The notes beneath the pieces were generated by a model. It was not told the DNA's origin. It worked only from the letters and a program-made list of their open reading frames with translations, and did not search any database. Source: a virus (taxonomy: Duplodnaviria > Caudoviricetes). From it: a stretch of DNA of 29,926 bases. Positions 26,549 to 29,926 of this stretch are shown piece after piece. The stretch spans positions 1 to 29,926 of the IMG/VR virus record IMGVR_UViG_3300030389_004227; one strand, written 5' to 3'. The position numbers and the translations under genes were made by a program. Numbering within the stretch: the stretch's first letter is position 1; the number at the start of each line of letters is the position of its first letter.

Positions 26549-26758
26549 CTAAGTCACGCTGTAGAAGAGGTCGTCTTCCAGCGTAATTTCTTGCTCTTCA
26601 ATCGATGGTGGCTGTGCGGACGCTGGTAGCTCGACGCTAGGACTGGTTTCAGGGCCCAGCTTTATGCGGAGATCGTCAAAGGTAAATTCAACGACTCCCT
26701 TGCCCTTCAACAGGTCGAGAAGTGACGTAAGTCTCTCCAAATCAATATCATCGAACAT
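26549..26758 (-). CDS. small hypothetical protein between TerL and portal
   Basis: LLDLLK.KGV..F.....I.L; acidic tail ending LFYS. Confidence 0.65.
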   Translation of the reverse strand: MFDDIDLERLTSLLDLLKGKGVVEFTFDDLRIKLGPETSPSVELPASAQPPSIEEQEITLEDDLFYSVT

Positions 26759-26767
26759 GCAAAACTC

Positions 26768-28234
26768 TCAATTGAGACTGATGGCGTTTTCGAACCATGG
26801 AATCTCTTCGGTGTTAGAAATCTTTTCTTGGAGTGCGTCCCAATACCGGTCCATCTGATACTGCTCGTATTCTGGGGTACCAGGCTTGGGTCCTTCGTTA
26901 AGCGGCTCGTAGCACCAGTGCTTAGCTTCTCGCCATCCGTACAAAACGGCATCGGCGCAGTGGTTAGGGAAGCGGTCGTCTTCTTTTTGCCGGGTCTCAT
27001 GCCATTGGAGTAAGTCCCACTCGCTTAGAAGCTGGGTGCAAGAGCGGTCTACCTTGAGGCGGCCGGTACGCAGGTCATCCTGGAGCATCTCGATAAACGC
27101 GTTTTTGCGTTTCTTCTCTGCTGGCTTGATGGGCAGACCCTTGCGCTGTTTAAACTCCTCGGCCAGGTTTTTACCCGCGCCAGCCGTGTCCATCACCATC
27201 TGGACATAGCCATACTCTTCATTGAGCTGGCGGATGGTGTCAGCGATATCGCTGGGCAGCATTTTGACCTGCTTGAAACAGTCGACGACGTAGACCTCGG
27301 GATGGTGGCGACTAAAGCCAATGGTGGCGAAGGCTGTAGCGTCGTGCCAGCCGATGTCGACCGCCAAGATATATTCCAGGTCCCGGTCATCGGGGATGTG
27401 GTCGATCAGGTTCTCATCTTGGTATCGGTAGATAAGAGAGTCATCGGAGCGCACCCACTTGCCACACCACTCGCGCAGGTAGACCGGATTGTTCTCGTCC
27501 CAACCGCGCAGTTTCATCCTCTTCTCTAGCCAAGGGCGAGCATCGGGGACGTATGGATTATCGAGGATAGTCCAGTGATGGACTGACCAGTCTGGTCGCA
27601 GGCCGGTCGTAGCTTCGTGGAACAGGCCGCTGCACGAGGCTGTAGGTGTTCCGATTAAAACCAGGCTGCCCTGCACGTCGACAAGGCCTGGCTCGATGAC
27701 CTCCTCCACCAGCTCGACAATGTGGCCCGCAAAGGAGCCAGCTTCATCCAGGACAACTAACCGGTATGATAGGCCTCGGAGCCGGTCGATATCGCCTTCG
27801 TCGGAAGCTCCGGTGAGGATTATCTGACTGCCGTTTGGAAACCAGCACTCTAAGTTGGTGTTGTAGAACTTGGCCCCTAGGGCGTAGTTCCGGTTGGCCT
27901 GCTTCAGCATCGACCAAAGGATTCGCCGCGCACTCGTTCTTGTTAAGGCGATGTAAGCAACGACGGAGTTTGGATATAAAAGACATTCGCGAATCATATA
28001 GAAGGCCGTCGCCGTGGTTTTGCCAGCTCGGCGTGAACACACAGCGGCCTTCAAGGGTGAAGGGTCGTCCAAAAACGCCCGTTGCTCAGGGAAGAGATTA
28101 TCCATGAACCGGAAGGTTCGGGGGTTTATCTCGCCATGGTCTTGGGTCAGCTCTTGGTAGTCGCCAAAACGGCGCACGTATTCCTGGAGGACCTTGCGGC
28201 CGTCCAGGCTCTTGGGCTTCTTATTGCGCGACAC
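26768..28234 (-). CDS. terL: terminase large subunit
   Basis: Walker A CSRRAGKT, Walker B VVLDEA, motif C IGTP, RNase H-like AVDIG and NHCADA. Confidence 0.93.
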   Translation of the reverse strand: MSRNKKPKSLDGRKVLQEYVRRFGDYQELTQDHGEINPRTFRFMDNLFPEQRAFLDDPSPLKAAVCSRRAGKTTATAFYMIRECLLYPNSVVAYIALTRTSARRILWSMLKQANRNYALGAKFYNTNLECWFPNGSQIILTGASDEGDIDRLRGLSYRLVVLDEAGSFAGHIVELVEEVIEPGLVDVQGSLVLIGTPTASCSGLFHEATTGLRPDWSVHHWTILDNPYVPDARPWLEKRMKLRGWDENNPVYLREWCGKWVRSDDSLIYRYQDENLIDHIPDDRDLEYILAVDIGWHDATAFATIGFSRHHPEVYVVDCFKQVKMLPSDIADTIRQLNEEYGYVQMVMDTAGAGKNLAEEFKQRKGLPIKPAEKKRKNAFIEMLQDDLRTGRLKVDRSCTQLLSEWDLLQWHETRQKEDDRFPNHCADAVLYGWREAKHWCYEPLNEGPKPGTPEYEQYQMDRYWDALQEKISNTEEIPWFENAISLN

Positions 28235-28490
28235 CTGCCTGTACCTTCTTTGGTGGCCGTCCTCGACGGCGGGCCGGTGGCTTGGCTGGCTTTGGTTCAG
28301 TCACAATAGCGCGCATGTGGCTGATCGACGACATCGGAACGAAGTGGCTGCTGGTATCGTCTTCCGTTTGTACCCACACGCCGTTGCGCTCCTCGTCGAG
28401 CTTGAGGAGGAATCCCTGATTGCGCTTTAGCGTGGTCTTGAAGTAGACGGGCATGGTGTTGCCGGTCAGGACAATCTCGTCGATTTCCAT
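28221..28490 (-). CDS. hypothetical protein with C-terminal AT-hook-like RGRP
   Basis: Small beta domain followed by RRRGRPPKK; SD GAGG; overlaps the TerL start. Confidence 0.65.
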   Translation of the reverse strand: MEIDEIVLTGNTMPVYFKTTLKRNQGFLLKLDEERNGVWVQTEDDTSSHFVPMSSISHMRAIVTEPKPAKPPARRRGRPPKKVQAGVAQ

Positions 28491-28491
28491 T

Positions 28492-29100
28492 TTATTGGTC
28501 CTCTAGTGGTGGGAGCCCGTTGAAGGTTCGCCATTGTTTTCGATAGTCGTTTAAACCGCCTGGCTGGAGCAGGAACGGCGCGTAGTACAGCCGCCAGTTT
28601 TTCTCCTTGCGCAGTTCTCTCGCCAAGTAGCTCTTGTGGGAGTGCACCAGGATTTGGCGCTTATTGAATCCAAAGCCAAGGTTGAGGAGGGTCTTGGTAA
28701 TCCCAAGGCATCGAAATGGTTGTTTGCAAAAGGCGTAATGAATCGCCAGAAACTCAGGGGTTTGAACACCACACACCCAAGCGAAGACCTGATCCGAATC
28801 GTCCTCATGGCAAGCGATGAGGGTGACGGCTTCCTCCATGCAGCGTTTCACAATGGGACGGTGCAGGTCGTAGACCTCAAACTTGGCTTGGTTCTTATTG
28901 GCGGCGGCGTTGGAGCGCAGCCAGTCGGAGTACACCATCGGGGCATCTGCCTGGACGGCAGGCCGGATGCGGATGGGGAGCCGGTCCTTGGCGCTCTCGT
29001 TTTGGTTATAGTGACCGGCCGACTCTTTGACGCCCTCATCGTGGTAGCGCACAGAGCCTCCCTTGGTCATGTAGCCGAGTTCTCGCCTTAAATCATCCAT
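28492..29100 (-). CDS. GNAT-family acetyltransferase
   Basis: IRIRPAVQAD N-terminal motif and IHYAFCKQPFRCLGITKTLL motif A-like segment; start could be 29070. Confidence 0.7.
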   Translation of the reverse strand: MDDLRRELGYMTKGGSVRYHDEGVKESAGHYNQNESAKDRLPIRIRPAVQADAPMVYSDWLRSNAAANKNQAKFEVYDLHRPIVKRCMEEAVTLIACHEDDSDQVFAWVCGVQTPEFLAIHYAFCKQPFRCLGITKTLLNLGFGFNKRQILVHSHKSYLARELRKEKNWRLYYAPFLLQPGGLNDYRKQWRTFNGLPPLEDQ

Positions 29101-29602
29101 TCGTACCGGGGTCCTTCTTGCTCGCGCCTGGGAGCTTTTTAAACGTGTCTGAGGCTAGTTCTTTGAGTTGCTCGTCGGTCAGGGTGTCGAGGGCGTTCTG
29201 CTGGCGCAGGTCGTTCTCAAGAGCAGCCAGTTTGACCAGGGAAGCGACGGCAAGCCCAAACCTCTTGGACTCGGATGGATCGAGACCAGCGTAGGAATGG
29301 GCTTGCCGCTTTAGGTTGAGCAGTTCGGCATCGAGGATGTGATAGCTGGAGTTAATCAAGGTCTGGATAGCTGGCACGAACTGCACGGCATGAGCGGTTA
29401 GGTCGCGGTTGATTGCCACGTCCTTCCCCTCCCTTGCTAATGCCTCATCAGCTCGCTCGTTAGCTTCCGCCAAACTCTGGCTAGACATAGCGCCCTCTAG
29501 AGGCGGCTCGATGGGCGCGTCATCACCACTTGGGGCACCTCGGTCCACCTTGGTGACCTTGATGTTGCGTGGGATGTCCATCGTGTGCCTCTTGCCTGCC
29601 AA
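29093..29602 (-). CDS. hypothetical protein, possible terminase small subunit
   Basis: Helical; C-terminal LDTLTDEQL motif; first gene of the packaging block; TTG start with AAGGGA. Confidence 0.45.
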   Translation of the reverse strand: MAGKRHTMDIPRNIKVTKVDRGAPSGDDAPIEPPLEGAMSSQSLAEANERADEALAREGKDVAINRDLTAHAVQFVPAIQTLINSSYHILDAELLNLKRQAHSYAGLDPSESKRFGLAVASLVKLAALENDLRQQNALDTLTDEQLKELASDTFKKLPGASKKDPGTNG

Positions 29603-29671
29603 AACTGTCTTCCCTTTCGGTGTTTACGGTTTTTGTAAGTATCGCCTACGTTTTAAGTAAGCATCAATGGC

Positions 29672-29700
29672 AAAAAAAGACCGCCAGGGTGTTGGCGGTC
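29672..29700 (-). terminator. rho-independent terminator
   Basis: GACCGCCA/TGGCGGTC 8-bp stem, 6-nt loop, U7 tail on the minus strand. Confidence 0.75.
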
Positions 29701-29716
29701 AAAAAACGCTGCGGTT

Positions 29717-29908
29717 TTACTTCTGTACGCGAGTTGGGTCGACAAAATCCGGATCTTCCTCGCGCACGACTTGCCTGGCGGCCTTTGTTGCAACCATTTT
29801 GAGCCAATTGGAGACTGGGAGGTTGCATAAATGGGCTGCGTGGTCCCAGAGGGCGCGATTATCTTCGTCCACCGCGAGGGTTAAATTGCTAGGTCTGCGC
29901 TCAGCCAT
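29717..29908 (-). CDS. ribbon-helix-helix-like DNA-binding protein
   Basis: Alternating strand NLTLAV then helices (AA....LPVSNWL), DUF1778/CopG-like pattern. Confidence 0.55.
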   Translation of the reverse strand: MAERRPSNLTLAVDEDNRALWDHAAHLCNLPVSNWLKMVATKAARQVVREEDPDFVDPTRVQK

Positions 29909-29926
29909 TGGTAATACCGCCGATTG

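Noticed and set aside
10326-29091. Numerous 60-175 aa ORFs on the + strand or in alternate frames within the late arm
   Set aside because: They overlap well-supported minus-strand genes and show no recognisable motifs; expected shadow ORFs at this GC content
29603-29671. Sigma70-like late promoter (TTGATG-N18-GATACT, minus strand)
   Set aside because: The position is plausible but the consensus match is too weak to call
1-29926. tRNA, integrase, transposase, reverse transcriptase/DGR, intron or intein
   Set aside because: Intergenic spaces are very short and no diagnostic motifs were seen; TerL and capsid have ordinary lengths. Checked by eye only

Overview
This window is a large fragment of a tailed dsDNA bacteriophage with podovirus-like organisation; there is no tape measure or sheath gene. 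Two arms converge at about 4.9 kb. The + arm (1-4969) is a replication/recombination module: 5'-truncated DUF927 P-loop protein, Sak4/AAA_24 ATPase, DUF669-like SSB, Cas4-like PD-(D/E)XK exonuclease and VRR-NUC nuclease. The - arm (29908-4856) is a tightly coupled late operon: small DNA-binding protein, putative TerS, GNAT, TerL, portal, scaffold, major capsid, adaptor, tail hub, internal/ejection proteins with an M15 peptidase, tail fibre, and a lysis region interrupted by Lys/Arg-rich microproteins. Strongest unexplained signals: (1) a lambda-type G GGA AAG slippery site at the end of a holin-like gene, whose -1 product adds four amphipathic beta-strands ending in a BAM-type beta-signal (TAGLRWRF), a candidate new outer-membrane lysis or spanin-like device; (2) at least 16 copies of the palindrome GTTTAAAC where about 0.3 are expected; (3) an A10 run that could fuse an ejection protein to a peptidoglycan peptidase. 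All family assignments come from motif recognition by eye; no searches were run.
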